A stretch of 64,000 nt of DNA from a virus. The stretch is taken from positions 1-64,000 of the IMG/VR virus record IMGVR_UViG_3300019471_000109, one strand, 5' to 3'. This document shows positions 38,581 to 48,806 of the stretch, piece after piece. Made by a program: the position numbers and the translations under genes. The first letter of the stretch is position 1, and every line of letters starts with the position of its first letter. Below the pieces are notes generated by a model that was given only the letters and a program-made list of their open reading frames with translations, did no database searches and was not told where the DNA came from.

Positions 38581-39949
38581 TATTCAATTTATTTTACAAA
38601 AGCTTAAACAGAAATGTTCTGATAAGGTATTTGAGGAAATCATAACAGATATCAAGCAGTTAAATGAGGACCAACGAGCTGCGTTGGTCACCTCTATTAA
38701 TATTTTGTATAATACAAGAGATTCTGTTTGCATTTCTGGCCCTGCTGGAACTGGTAAAACATTTTTAACTAAAGTTTTATTAAAAATTTTAGAATCGTTA
38801 TATGATTCATCTAAGATTGCGTTATCAGCACCAACTCACCAAGCTAAAAAAGTATTAGCAAATAGTTCTGGTAGAGATGCATTTACTGTCCATTCATTAT
38901 TTAGAATTCTGCCTAATCTTGAAGAAGACCGAACAGAATTTACTCAACGGGGTGATGACCTTCCTAAATTACAAGATATTTTATTTTTAGTTATTGATGA
39001 AGTATCGATGATTGATGAGAAGTTATTCAGAATCATTTACGAAAAACTTCCAATGAATACACGAATCATTGCTCTTGGTGACCCTTATCAATTAGCACCA
39101 GTGAATTCAGAGTCAATCTCATTATTCTTTACCCACAAAGATTTTACTCAAATAAAGTTAACTAAGATTATGAGACAGTCATCTGGTTCGCCAATTATTG
39201 AACAGGGTGATAATATTCGAAGACGAGTACAGAATAGTTTAGTAACATCAAATGATGGAAAAAATGGAATCTTTGGTTTTAATACTGAACGAGAATTTTT
39301 AGACAAATATTTAAGTATTGTTAAAACCGCGGATGATGCTATTGATAACAGAATTATTGCTTACACTAATAATAAAGTTAATGAGCTGAATAACATTATC
39401 AGAAAAGTTATTTACAAAACGAATGATCAAATAGTCAAAGGTGAATTACTTGTATTACAACAAGCAGTAATTAACGATAATGAATCGGTTTTCGATAACG
39501 GAGAAATTTTAAAGGTTCTTAATATTAAAGAAAAACACCAGTATTTTTTCTTTCCTGAGTCAAAAGATGAAATAAAGGTTAAATATTATAATATTGAAGT
39601 ATTATCTTTAGATACTAGTTGTTCTCATTTTATTAATATCATTTCTGATGAAGACATCGGCGATTTTAATTTTAAAATGCATTGTGAAGCTTCACAATTA
39701 AAATTAAGAAAGAAAAAACAACCTTATATTAGACTAGGCCAAGAGTGGAAAGAATGGTGGGCAAACAAAAATTTCTTTGTTGAAACAAAACCAATTTTTG
39801 CATCTACTGTTCATAAAGCACAAGGTGTTAGTTTAGATAATTGCTTTGTTTATCAAAATGATTTTGATAAAGCTAGATTAGTTGATAATTATTATCAGCT
39901 ATTATATGTAGCAGTCACTAGAGCAAAGAATAATATTTATTTTGTATAA
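38573..39949 (+). CDS. dda: Dda-like SF1 DNA helicase
   Basis: Walker A GPAGTGKTF and SF1B motifs, with a size and position similar to T4 Dda. Confidence 0.8.
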   Translation: MSNIQFILQKLKQKCSDKVFEEIITDIKQLNEDQRAALVTSINILYNTRDSVCISGPAGTGKTFLTKVLLKILESLYDSSKIALSAPTHQAKKVLANSSGRDAFTVHSLFRILPNLEEDRTEFTQRGDDLPKLQDILFLVIDEVSMIDEKLFRIIYEKLPMNTRIIALGDPYQLAPVNSESISLFFTHKDFTQIKLTKIMRQSSGSPIIEQGDNIRRRVQNSLVTSNDGKNGIFGFNTEREFLDKYLSIVKTADDAIDNRIIAYTNNKVNELNNIIRKVIYKTNDQIVKGELLVLQQAVINDNESVFDNGEILKVLNIKEKHQYFFFPESKDEIKVKYYNIEVLSLDTSCSHFINIISDEDIGDFNFKMHCEASQLKLRKKKQPYIRLGQEWKEWWANKNFFVETKPIFASTVHKAQGVSLDNCFVYQNDFDKARLVDNYYQLLYVAVTRAKNNIYFV

Positions 39950-39995
39950 GAAGTTCTGGCGAAACTTCTTTTAAACTATAATAGGAGAATAAAGG

Positions 39996-40562
39996 ATGAA
40001 ATCCTTAAGGTTACTATCGAAATGTTTAATTGTAATTGCTAGTTTAATTACTTTTAACGTACACGCATCGGGGTCTAATCATAATAATCCAAAATCCTGG
40101 GAATTTTCTAAAGACCAAATTAATGTCTTAAAACATGTTAAGCAGAAATGTAATTCTAAAGGTGTTAATGGGGATTTATGTGCTGCGATTGTTTGGCATG
40201 AATCATCTGCTGGGAAGAATAAAATCGGTGGTGGGTCTGTTGGAAATTTTCACAATCAAGTTAGTACAGTTGTGAATAGAGAAAAAGAATGGAAAAAGAT
40301 TAATGATTCCAGATACTCTGGGTTTGTTTCTAGATCTGCTGTAAAAAGTAAATTATTAAATTCGATGGATTATGAGGTGAAACATGCATCCGCTCAATTA
40401 AGTGAATGTAAATCTCATTTGTCAAAGATTAATAAATTTAATAATCAGAATATGTTATCTTGTTATAACGGCGGGTTAAATGGATATAAAATTCCGGCTG
40501 CTAAAACGTATGCAAAAAATGTTTTAAAGAAAAAAGATTATCTTAAACAAAAAGGAGTTTAA
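39996..40562 (+). CDS. Secreted SLT-domain (lytic transglycosylase or lysozyme-like) protein
   Basis: Signal peptide plus the SLT catalytic motif AIVWHESSAG. Confidence 0.6.
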   Translation: MKSLRLLSKCLIVIASLITFNVHASGSNHNNPKSWEFSKDQINVLKHVKQKCNSKGVNGDLCAAIVWHESSAGKNKIGGGSVGNFHNQVSTVVNREKEWKKINDSRYSGFVSRSAVKSKLLNSMDYEVKHASAQLSECKSHLSKINKFNNQNMLSCYNGGLNGYKIPAAKTYAKNVLKKKDYLKQKGV

Positions 40563-40564
40563 CT

Positions 40565-40966
40565 GTGTTGAACTTTTTAATTCAGAATACTAAATTTATT
40601 CTAGTTGTTTTAACACTTCTATTAAGTGTATAGGGATATTTTAATTATCAGCAATAGGTTACCATTAACTCATTAAATCAGCGTATTCTAGACGTTTCTA
40701 ATGAGCTTAAAGAAGCTAAATTAAAAATATCCAAGCTTGAAGAAATTGAAAAATTTAGAGTAGAGCAAATTAACAAATGGGAAACCGAATCATTAGCAAA
40801 AGAAACAGAACTTGCAAAAGCAACTGCTAAAATTTTAAATCAACAAAACCAATTAGATTCTTTATCTAAAGATAAATGGGAAAAGATTGAATTTACTAAT
40901 GATTGTAAGAAAGATATTAATATTCTAAAACATCATGCTTTAGATATTAAAGGAAAATGGAAATGA
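40565..40966 (+). CDS. i-spanin (Rz-like: N-terminal transmembrane segment plus coiled coil), 2 in-frame TAG
   Basis: GTG start after a GGAG RBS. Membrane anchor then coiled coil; the stop overlaps the o-spanin start. Confidence 0.5.
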
Positions 40967-41259
40967 AGAAGTTAATATTTTTATTTTAGATTGTATTATT
41001 AGGATGTATTTAGTGTACATAGAAGCCTAAAGTACAAGTTGTGAAGGTTCCTGTTTATAGTTGCCCTGTGGTAGAAATTCCAGAAAAACCAAATTTAGCA
41101 TTAAATGATATTAATGAAAAATCTTAGGATTCATTTGTGTTAAAATCTTATGGCAGATCTATAGATCAACTTATAAATTACTAGAATTCACTTATAAGTA
41201 TTATACAAAAACAAAATGAGTTATCAGAGAATAGTAAATTACATCAAAATGATAAATGA
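40963..41259 (+). CDS. o-spanin (Rz1-like lipoprotein, lipobox LLGC), 5 in-frame TAG
   Basis: MKKLIFLF-TAG-IVLLGC lipobox. Pro-rich. Its start is embedded in the i-spanin end. Confidence 0.5.
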
Positions 41260-41518
41260 CATCAAAAGAGATTTAAATTTACTTAAAGAATATGATATCC
41301 ACTTTGAATATCAAAACGGGCTTGGATTTATTTGTTCAAGCCCGTTCTTTTTTAACTTTTATTTTTTAATTGTTCTTTTTGATGGCGGTTATCAAATAAG
41401 AACATATAGAAATGGGTTACTTGAGCATAATTTCAAAGAGCAAGAATACTTTTCATATTTTTTAATTAAAGATATTATAAACATTATCAACAAGGAAATT
41501 CAATATGAGCTTCAGTAG
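41216..41518 (+). CDS. Hypothetical membrane protein (100 aa)
   Basis: ORF track. Confidence 0.45.
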   Translation: MSYQRIVNYIKMINDIKRDLNLLKEYDIHFEYQNGLGFICSSPFFFNFYFLIVLFDGGYQIRTYRNGLLEHNFKEQEYFSYFLIKDIINIINKEIQYELQ

Positions 41519-41996
41519 ACCAAATAATCTTTGGATCACCGTTGGTATTTCTGGTTCTGGCAAAACATTTTACTCTAAATTTTTAACTAAAAATTTTGAT
41601 TTTGTAAATGTTAATAATGATGATATCAGAAGAAGTTTATTTGGTATAGATCATTGGGATGAATATGATTTTAGATTAAATGAAAAATTAGTTGATAAAA
41701 TTAGAAAAGATAGTATCAAGAGATTAATTGAAGATTCTAGAGATATTATAGTTTCTAATATTCATTTAACAGAAAAACATCTTAGATATTACAAAAAACT
41801 TGCAGAAGATGCTGGGTATAATTTTAAAGTTATTTTGCTTGACACACCTATTGACGTTTGTTTAGAACGAAATAGTAAAAGAACTGAAATGAGATTAAGA
41901 GATGAAAGAATAGTTAGTCAACATGTAGAATTTTGTAAAATATATCAAATTGTTCTGAAAGAATATAATTATGAAATTATAAAATGGAGAAAATGA
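41505..41996 (+). CDS. pseT: Polynucleotide 5'-kinase (T4 Pnk kinase-domain-like, no phosphatase domain)
   Basis: P-loop GISGSGKTF, VNNDDIR, SNIHLTEK.R and ERNSKR match the T4 Pnk kinase domain. Confidence 0.65.
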   Translation: MSFSRPNNLWITVGISGSGKTFYSKFLTKNFDFVNVNNDDIRRSLFGIDHWDEYDFRLNEKLVDKIRKDSIKRLIEDSRDIIVSNIHLTEKHLRYYKKLAEDAGYNFKVILLDTPIDVCLERNSKRTEMRLRDERIVSQHVEFCKIYQIVLKEYNYEIIKWRK

Positions 41997-42448
41997 TGTT
42001 AGAAAAATTTTTGAAATTAAAAGAAGATTCTATTTTATATACAAGTACTATTGTTGACGAAATTAATTTTAGGCTGGATGAAAAGGATCGCATACCATTT
42101 GCTCCATTTAAGGAACTTGGAATTACTCGTCCAATTGATTATATTAATAATGTAGAAAATCTATTGAATTACATCTCTGATAATTATTCTACAAAAATAA
42201 ATCCGGATCTCCCGTTATTGTATGAATTAAACTATAACGATAAATTAACTTTACAAACTTTTAAATTATCAAATTATAATAAGTTGTCTAGCGAAGTTAA
42301 CCCAAAAATCAGAAATTACATTTTTGAAGTCGTTGATTACTTTAAGCGTAATGGGATAACTAATTTTGACGGTAAGATTACATTTTGTTTTAATAAAAAA
42401 GACCTATTTGTTTACTTATTAAGGGTTAAAGAAAACGATGTAGACTGA
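41984..42448 (+). CDS. Hypothetical protein (154 aa)
   Basis: ORF track. Confidence 0.5.
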   Translation: MEKMMLEKFLKLKEDSILYTSTIVDEINFRLDEKDRIPFAPFKELGITRPIDYINNVENLLNYISDNYSTKINPDLPLLYELNYNDKLTLQTFKLSNYNKLSSEVNPKIRNYIFEVVDYFKRNGITNFDGKITFCFNKKDLFVYLLRVKENDVD

Positions 42449-42857
42449 TTTAAAGCAATTAAAACAAATAGGGTTTTAGTTTTTAACCGATGTTTAGTTA
42501 GATCAAAATGGTTTATTACAAATAAACAAAAATGATGTAAAAAATTAGGTTTATGCTATTTACATCAATGATACATTAGTTTATATTGGTAAAACAAAAC
42601 GATGGAGAAAACGCTGGGATACTTATAGAAATGCGGTTAATTGGGTATCTGGTAATTCATCAAATGTTAAAAAGACATCTTTATTAACAGAAGCTATAAA
42701 GCAAGGAAATGTTATAAAGGTTTATTATAAACAAGCAATTTTTTAGTATTCTTTTAAAGATTTTGATAATAATGATCTTATTGTTTAGTCATTATTAGAA
42801 GAAGAAAAAAGAATGATTAAAAAATTCAAACCAAAGTGGAATATTCAACATGCCTAA
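42438..42857 (+). CDS. Small GIY-YIG endonuclease (139 aa) with 6 in-frame TAG, including codon 2
   Basis: VYAIYINDTLVYIGKTKR...R is a GIY-YIG core. The frame is continuous from ATG 42438 to TAA 42855-57. Confidence 0.55.
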
Positions 42858-44010
42858 TTATACAGCTAAAGAAAAGGTAAAAATGTTATCCTTGTTTGAT
42901 AACCTAATGGAACTATGTTCTGATGAAAGCAATACATTTTTCTTTGTAGATACTACAAGTTCAATGCAATCTAAATTCCGAATTTTTTCATATTATATTG
43001 CAAGTTATTCTGAGTGGTTAAAACCAGGTGCCTTAGAATGCCGCGGTATTATGTTTGAACTTGATGACAACAATAATCCTATTCGTATTGCAGTAAGACC
43101 GCCTAAAAAATTCTTTAATCTTTTTGAAAATCCATTTACGGAAGATATTAAAGATGATCAAGTCGGTTTAGCTTTTAAAAAAGAAGATGGCTCATTAATT
43201 AGTTCATTTATTGATAAAGGCGAATTGTTTTTAAAATCTAAAGGTTCTTTATTTTCTCAACAAGTTTTAGATTCTCAAAAATGGTTATATGATGAACGCC
43301 GTAAACCTTTACTTGAATGTTTAAAATGGTATGCAGAAAATGATATTACTATTAATATGGAATGGGTATCGCCAGATAACCGAGTCGTTTTAACATATGA
43401 TGAACCTAGACTTATTATTTTAAATGCAAGAAATAATATCACTGGTGAATATATTGATCTTGAAGATTTAGTTAAAGACCAAACAGTTAACCAATATATG
43501 GTAGATAACCATCCATTTGAAACGATTAACGAATTAATTAAAGAAGTTCAAGAATTAAAGGACCAAGAAGGTTATGTTGTGTATGATTCAAAAGGAGCAG
43601 AACCTGTATTTAAAATTAAATGCCCATGGTATGTTCATTTGCATTCTGTAAAATCTTCTGTTAGTTCTGATAAAAATTTATGGGAAGCTGTTGCTGAAGG
43701 TGTTTCTGATGATATTAAAGCACTATTTGAAACAGATAAAGCATCGTTAGATAGAATTGCTAAATTCGAATCTATTTACAAAAAACAATTTTCTTTTGTT
43801 TATAAAACTACAACAGAAATTTATAATAAATTGCGTGGAAGCAGCCGTAAAGATTACGCAATTGAATCTCAATCAATTTTAAATGAAATGGGTTGCCCAC
43901 AGATGTTTAATATTGTAATGCGTTTGTACTTAAATGGCCCAGATGAATCAATCGTTGATTTGATTAAGGATCATTTAGTTAAATTTATTGATGTGTATTT
44001 GGAGTTATAA
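42850..44010 (+). CDS. rnlA: RNA ligase 1 (T4 Rnl1 / gp63-like)
   Basis: LFDNLMELC, RIFSYY.ASYSEWL.PGALECRGIMFE, KEDGSLIS and FKIK.PWYV.LHS.KSS match T4 Rnl1. Confidence 0.85.
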   Translation: MPNYTAKEKVKMLSLFDNLMELCSDESNTFFFVDTTSSMQSKFRIFSYYIASYSEWLKPGALECRGIMFELDDNNNPIRIAVRPPKKFFNLFENPFTEDIKDDQVGLAFKKEDGSLISSFIDKGELFLKSKGSLFSQQVLDSQKWLYDERRKPLLECLKWYAENDITINMEWVSPDNRVVLTYDEPRLIILNARNNITGEYIDLEDLVKDQTVNQYMVDNHPFETINELIKEVQELKDQEGYVVYDSKGAEPVFKIKCPWYVHLHSVKSSVSSDKNLWEAVAEGVSDDIKALFETDKASLDRIAKFESIYKKQFSFVYKTTTEIYNKLRGSSRKDYAIESQSILNEMGCPQMFNIVMRLYLNGPDESIVDLIKDHLVKFIDVYLEL

Positions 44011-44012
44011 TC

Positions 44013-44375
44013 ATGATTGATATCAGAAATGAAAATGCTTTGCCTATTAGTATTACACTTATTAAGAAAGTTCAGAATGAATACGATTTACAAATGATGA
44101 ATGCTTCTATGCAATTCAAAACTGCGATTGACAAAAATCAAAGCATTGAACGACAAGTTTTCGGTTATCTTAAAGGAAAGGAAATTTTTACAGGATCAGT
44201 TGATATTATTATTACTAAATTTAGCAGAGATGCTTTATTGAAATTAATGAATCATGAACCTAATCAAAATTATACTGAATTGGTTAAAGAATTTCAAAAA
44301 TCTGAAGAAAAGGTTTTGTCTTTATCGGTTTGGATTAAAAATGAAACTAAAATCGAATTGTTGGAAAATTGTTAA
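44013..44375 (+). CDS. Hypothetical protein (120 aa)
   Basis: ORF track. Confidence 0.5.
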   Translation: MIDIRNENALPISITLIKKVQNEYDLQMMNASMQFKTAIDKNQSIERQVFGYLKGKEIFTGSVDIIITKFSRDALLKLMNHEPNQNYTELVKEFQKSEEKVLSLSVWIKNETKIELLENC

Positions 44376-44378
44376 TAA

Positions 44379-44400
44379 AAAGGGATCGTATAGATCCCTT
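44379..44400. terminator. Bidirectional terminator (AAGGGATC gtata GATCCCTT)
   Basis: Hairpin. Confidence 0.55.
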
Positions 44401-44405
44401 TGAAG

Positions 44406-44795
44406 TTATTTAGGCAGCTTAGATTTATTTCGCTTCCATGCATACCAACCAAATAATCTAACAAATAAATGAATTAAATGACGGATTCCTGCAGCAACCT
44501 TATCATCTTTCATTGCTTCGTAGAAAATTTTATCAGCTTCTTTCCTAGTTGTGTTTTGTTTTGAATACAAATAATCATGAACAACAGCAGATTTCTAATA
44601 TCTACCAAATGGAGCATATAAAAACCATAATGCTCTAGGAATCTAAGCTAAATCTGTTATAAATCCTTTAGGGACCGTAATAACCTCATTTGTTTTTGTT
44701 ACTGTGTAAACAACATCTTCCTTAAGTTTCCATTTAACGTTAGTATTGCTAATTGGTAACTCTTCTAAAATAAGATTTTTTGTCTAAAATCCCAT
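44406..44795 (-). CDS. Hypothetical protein (129 aa, 3 in-frame TAG)
   Basis: Continuous minus frame with a GGAGAAAATC ATG RBS. Confidence 0.45.
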
Positions 44796-44906
44796 GATTT
44801 TCTCCTTTTATAAACAGATATTTTATTTATATTATTAAGTTCAAATAGTATTTTGATCAAAAAATGACCATTTAAAAGATTTTTCTAAAATTTCTTAAAA
44901 TAACTA

Positions 44907-44934
44907 TTTACATACTTCAAAAATATGATATTAT
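44907..44934 (+). promoter_or_regulatory. Early promoter (-35 TTTACA, 16 nt, -10 TATTAT)
   Basis: Motif match. Confidence 0.5.
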
Positions 44935-44997
44935 AGCTACATAAAGTTAATCAACAAGAAGTTAAGTTGAAAACTTAAAAAAAAATTCAAATAACTA

Positions 44998-45026
44998 TTT
45001 ACATCTGTGGATTTCTGATATAGAAT
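44998..45026 (+). promoter_or_regulatory. Early promoter (-35 TTTACA, 17 nt, -10 TAGAAT)
   Basis: Motif match. Confidence 0.45.
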
Positions 45027-45059
45027 AACCACAATAAAACAACAAATGAGGGCAACAAA

Positions 45060-45734
45060 ATGACTACTTCAATCAAATCTGTAAACCATCACGAAAACTT
45101 TGTTAAAGCAATTGTTCCATCAGAAAAACAAATTGCTAAATTAGCAGAATTTGGATATGATGAAGAAACCACAAAATTATTCGTAAATGCTGTTAACTGG
45201 ATTTCTGTAAATGACAACGATCGCAAATCAATGAAATTTTTCAAGAAAAATCAACCTTTAGTTGATTTAGGTTTAGCAGAAACTTTTGAAGAAGATGGTA
45301 ATACTTACATGCGTTTAACTAATAAAGCAGTTAAAGTAATGCAAGGCCGCAAAAATAAAATCAATGTATCATCTGAACCTCGTCAAAAAATTAAACAATC
45401 AAAAGGATATACTGCAAAAGCAGAAATTCCGGTTGAAGTTCAAGAATTTTTAGACAGAACTGGTTGGTCAGTTCGTTCAACTGAATTAATGAAACCTACT
45501 TACAACCTACGTGTTCATAAAGAAGGTTCTGCTCGTGCGATGCTAGTTGCTATTTATGAAAATGATGTTAAATTCTGCTTCTTTGGTAAATATAAACAAG
45601 ACATGATGAATCATGTATTAAGTTTAATCCCATCTGATTTAGTATTACATCAAAAAATGTCGAACACCTTTGGATTTATTTTAGTAAAACAATCAGATTT
45701 AGTTAATTTAACTGAAGAAATGTTTACATTTTAA
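45060..45734 (+). CDS. Hypothetical protein (224 aa)
   Basis: ORF track. Confidence 0.55.
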   Translation: MTTSIKSVNHHENFVKAIVPSEKQIAKLAEFGYDEETTKLFVNAVNWISVNDNDRKSMKFFKKNQPLVDLGLAETFEEDGNTYMRLTNKAVKVMQGRKNKINVSSEPRQKIKQSKGYTAKAEIPVEVQEFLDRTGWSVRSTELMKPTYNLRVHKEGSARAMLVAIYENDVKFCFFGKYKQDMMNHVLSLIPSDLVLHQKMSNTFGFILVKQSDLVNLTEEMFTF

Positions 45735-45776
45735 TAATTAATTGGAGGGAAACCTCCAATATTTTTAGGAGTAAAT

Positions 45777-46265
45777 ATGTTAATTATTAAACACGGCGAT
45801 ATTTTTGAGGAATTTAAAAATTCTACAAATTGCATTTTAGTTCATGGATGTAATTGTTGTAATATTATGGGTGCTGGTATCGCAGCTGCTATTAGCATAA
45901 AATATCCTATGGCGTATGATATTGATAAAGCTATGCACAATTTACCAAATAATAAAGTAAATGAATTAATGGCAGGTAGATATTCAATTGTTCCAGATTT
46001 CTCAAATAGATGTAAGTCAAATTATATTGGAAATCTTTATACTCAATTATTTCCCGGAAAACATTTTAGCTACGACTTATTCATTTCTTGTTTACATAAT
46101 TTAGAAAAAGAAGTGTTAAAATCGTTTGGAATCAAAAAGATCCTGATGCCTGCTATCGGTTGCGGTATTGGCGGAGGCAATTTTGATTATGTAGTTAATA
46201 TTGTTATGAATTGGTGTAGATTTAATGTTCCGGATATTGAAGTACATTTATATTATCCGCAATAA
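45777..46265 (+). CDS. Macro-domain protein (ADP-ribose binding or ADP-ribosyl hydrolase)
   Basis: ILVHGCNCCNIMGAGIAAAI is a macro-domain signature (N-x-x-G-G-G/A-V-x-x-A-I pattern). Confidence 0.6.
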   Translation: MLIIKHGDIFEEFKNSTNCILVHGCNCCNIMGAGIAAAISIKYPMAYDIDKAMHNLPNNKVNELMAGRYSIVPDFSNRCKSNYIGNLYTQLFPGKHFSYDLFISCLHNLEKEVLKSFGIKKILMPAIGCGIGGGNFDYVVNIVMNWCRFNVPDIEVHLYYPQ

Positions 46266-46281
46266 ACTATAAGGTAATAAG

Positions 46282-48183
46282 ATGACTGATTTTAAAGTAT
46301 TAACTGACCGAGATCATATTTTGCTCCGTCCTGCAATGTATATCGGTTCAACTACATTAGAAGAACACCAACAATTTATTTCTGGTAAATGGACGGAATT
46401 AAAGTATTCTTCTGGTTTAGTAAAAATCATTAATGAAATTATTGATAACTCTGTGGATGAAGCAATCCGTACTAAATTTAAATTTGCAAATAAAATTGAT
46501 GTGCAAATTGACAATGAAAAAATTAGTGTTGCTGATAACGGCCGAGGAATCCCACAGGATTTAATTGAAACTCCTGAAGGTGAGAAATTATTAAGACCCG
46601 TTCTTGCATGGACTAGAACAAAAGCTGGTAGTAATTTCTCTAACGATCGCGTTACTGTTGGAATGAATGGCGTTGGCTCAAGTTTAACAGCAATTTTCTC
46701 GAAAGAATTTATAGGTATCACATCAGACGGTAAAAATGAAGTTCTGGTGCAGATTAATAATAATGCTGATGATATCAATTGGACTCAAAAGAAAAGTGCT
46801 TCTATGGGCACTACAGTGTCATTTAAACCAGATTTAAAAAGATTTGAATGTACAGAAATTTCTGAAGATGTAGAAAAATTAATTTTAGAAAGACTCCAAT
46901 CATTATCTGTTGTATATCCAAAAATTAAATTTTCTTTAAACGGTAAAAATGTTAATTTGAAGTTAACTGATTATTTTGATCAATTTGGGTTAAATGTTCA
47001 ATACAAATCAGAAAATTATTCTGTTGCATTAGCTGCTTCTGAAGACGGGCTAAAACAAAACTCATATATTAATGGGCTTTATATTAAAAATGGTGGTTCG
47101 CATCAAGATTTCTTTTTAGACCAATTTTGTCAAGAATTATTGGTACTAATTAAAAAGAAACATAAAAAGTTAGATATCAAGCCTGCTAGAATTAAAGAGT
47201 GTATTACTTTTGTGATGATTGGTTCAAATTTTAATAATCCAAAATTTGATTCACAAACAAAAGAACGATTAACAAATTCAGTTTCTGAGGTGAAGGAATA
47301 TTTTAATTTAGATGAGAAAAAATTTAAAAAATTCGTAAAAGAATTTTTTGAAACATCTGAATTATTAGATCCTATTATTGAATCTGCATTAGCTAGAATT
47401 TTGGCTGCAGAAAAGGCGCTAGAAACAAAATTAGCTAAAAAGATCAAAAAGGTTAACGTTCCATCACATATCAAAGCAGGACAGAAAGAAAATAGTATTT
47501 TATTCTTAACAGAAGGTGATAGTGCCATTTCATCTTTATTAGATTCAAGAAATCCAAAAATTCATGGAGGATTTCCGTTAAGGGGTAAAGTACTTAATAC
47601 ATTTGGTGAAACTAATGCAAGAATTTTAGAAAATAAAGAACTTGCGAACATTATTAATATTCTTGGATTAGAATTTAACAAATCGCCAATTGAAATCGAT
47701 AAACGTGGTAATGTTATTTGTAATATGAATTATGATTATATTGGTATCATGACTGATGCTGATGTGGACGGTGGCTCTATTCAATTATTATTATGTTTAT
47801 TCTTCTCTAAATGGCCTGATTTGTTTAAACATAATAGAGTAAAAATTGTTAAGTCGCCTAGATGGATTTTAACATCTAAAACTGAATCGTTATTCTTTTA
47901 TACAGATGAATCGTATGAAGAATTTTGTAGTAAGAACAAAATTAATTCATATGAAATTAGATATATCAAAGGTCTTGGTAGTTTACGTAAACATGAATAT
48001 AAGAAAATGTTAAATGAACCTTTCTTTGTTGATGTTAAGTTAAATGATAATTATCAAGATTGGTTAGATATGTTATTTGGTAATAATGCAGATTTACGAA
48101 AAGATTGGATGTTAGAAGGAATTACCCCAGCAGAAGTTAAATCCGCTCAAAATAATAAACAAAATATTTTTGAAGGTTTATGA
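46282..48183 (+). CDS. 39: DNA topoisomerase II large subunit (fused T4 gp39+gp60, GyrB-like ATPase plus TOPRIM)
   Basis: GHKL ATPase motifs (DNGRGIP) and TOPRIM; 633 aa as in T4-likes with fused 39/60. Confidence 0.85.
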   Translation: MTDFKVLTDRDHILLRPAMYIGSTTLEEHQQFISGKWTELKYSSGLVKIINEIIDNSVDEAIRTKFKFANKIDVQIDNEKISVADNGRGIPQDLIETPEGEKLLRPVLAWTRTKAGSNFSNDRVTVGMNGVGSSLTAIFSKEFIGITSDGKNEVLVQINNNADDINWTQKKSASMGTTVSFKPDLKRFECTEISEDVEKLILERLQSLSVVYPKIKFSLNGKNVNLKLTDYFDQFGLNVQYKSENYSVALAASEDGLKQNSYINGLYIKNGGSHQDFFLDQFCQELLVLIKKKHKKLDIKPARIKECITFVMIGSNFNNPKFDSQTKERLTNSVSEVKEYFNLDEKKFKKFVKEFFETSELLDPIIESALARILAAEKALETKLAKKIKKVNVPSHIKAGQKENSILFLTEGDSAISSLLDSRNPKIHGGFPLRGKVLNTFGETNARILENKELANIINILGLEFNKSPIEIDKRGNVICNMNYDYIGIMTDADVDGGSIQLLLCLFFSKWPDLFKHNRVKIVKSPRWILTSKTESLFFYTDESYEEFCSKNKINSYEIRYIKGLGSLRKHEYKKMLNEPFFVDVKLNDNYQDWLDMLFGNNADLRKDWMLEGITPAEVKSAQNNKQNIFEGL

Positions 48184-48356
48184 TGGAAGTTTATCAAAAT
48201 TTATCCGGAGATCACACAGAAGGAATTGAAATCAGGAAAGAACAGAATCTCGTTAAGCTTACTGTTGTTAATTTTAATAAATCAGTATCTGTTTATTTGT
48301 CTGAAAAACAAATCATAGAGTTACATAAAAATTTAATCTTGGTAACTCAGTCATAA
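48183..48356 (+). CDS. Small protein (57 aa)
   Basis: Short ORF overlapping the gene 39 stop (ATGATGG). Confidence 0.35.
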   Translation: MEVYQNLSGDHTEGIEIRKEQNLVKLTVVNFNKSVSVYLSEKQIIELHKNLILVTQS

Positions 48357-48363
48357 TTCTTGA

Positions 48364-48392
48364 ATGGTCAATTTTTAATCAATTGACCATTT
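48364..48392. terminator. Hairpin (AATGGTCAATT tttta AATTGACCATT)
   Basis: 11-bp inverted repeat followed by a T-run. Confidence 0.5.
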
Positions 48393-48407
48393 TCTTTTAA
48401 AAATCTA

Positions 48408-48435
48408 TTTACATCACTTTTGAAATGTATATAAT
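48408..48435 (+). promoter_or_regulatory. Early promoter (-35 TTTACA, 16 nt, -10 TATAAT)
   Basis: Motif match upstream of 48460. Confidence 0.5.
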
Positions 48436-48459
48436 AGACCTTGTTAAATCAATTTATTA

Positions 48460-48786
48460 ATGAGGACTTACAAAATGATTAAAACAGAAAACCAAAAACC
48501 AGAAAACAAAAATTATGAATTATGCGCTGACATCTTAGCAACATTTTCGATTTTAGAAAAATGGGGATTTGATAGTATCACAAGTAATTTATCTTTGTTT
48601 GCTGAGGTGTTAAATGAATTAGATTTCAAAACCTTTAATGGATTACCGCTGAATTCATCGAACTTATCTAATATGTTCCGCCGTTTATCTAAAAAAGAAC
48701 GTGAATCATTATTAGAAGAATTCAATTCTGGTTTCAGATCATTCCATTTAATGCAAGAACAAAACACAAGAAACATTATTCACTAA
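48460..48786 (+). CDS. Hypothetical protein (108 aa)
   Basis: ORF track. Confidence 0.55.
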   Translation: MRTYKMIKTENQKPENKNYELCADILATFSILEKWGFDSITSNLSLFAEVLNELDFKTFNGLPLNSSNLSNMFRRLSKKERESLLEEFNSGFRSFHLMQEQNTRNIIH

Positions 48787-48806
48787 CAGCATGTAGGAGA
48801 AATTAA

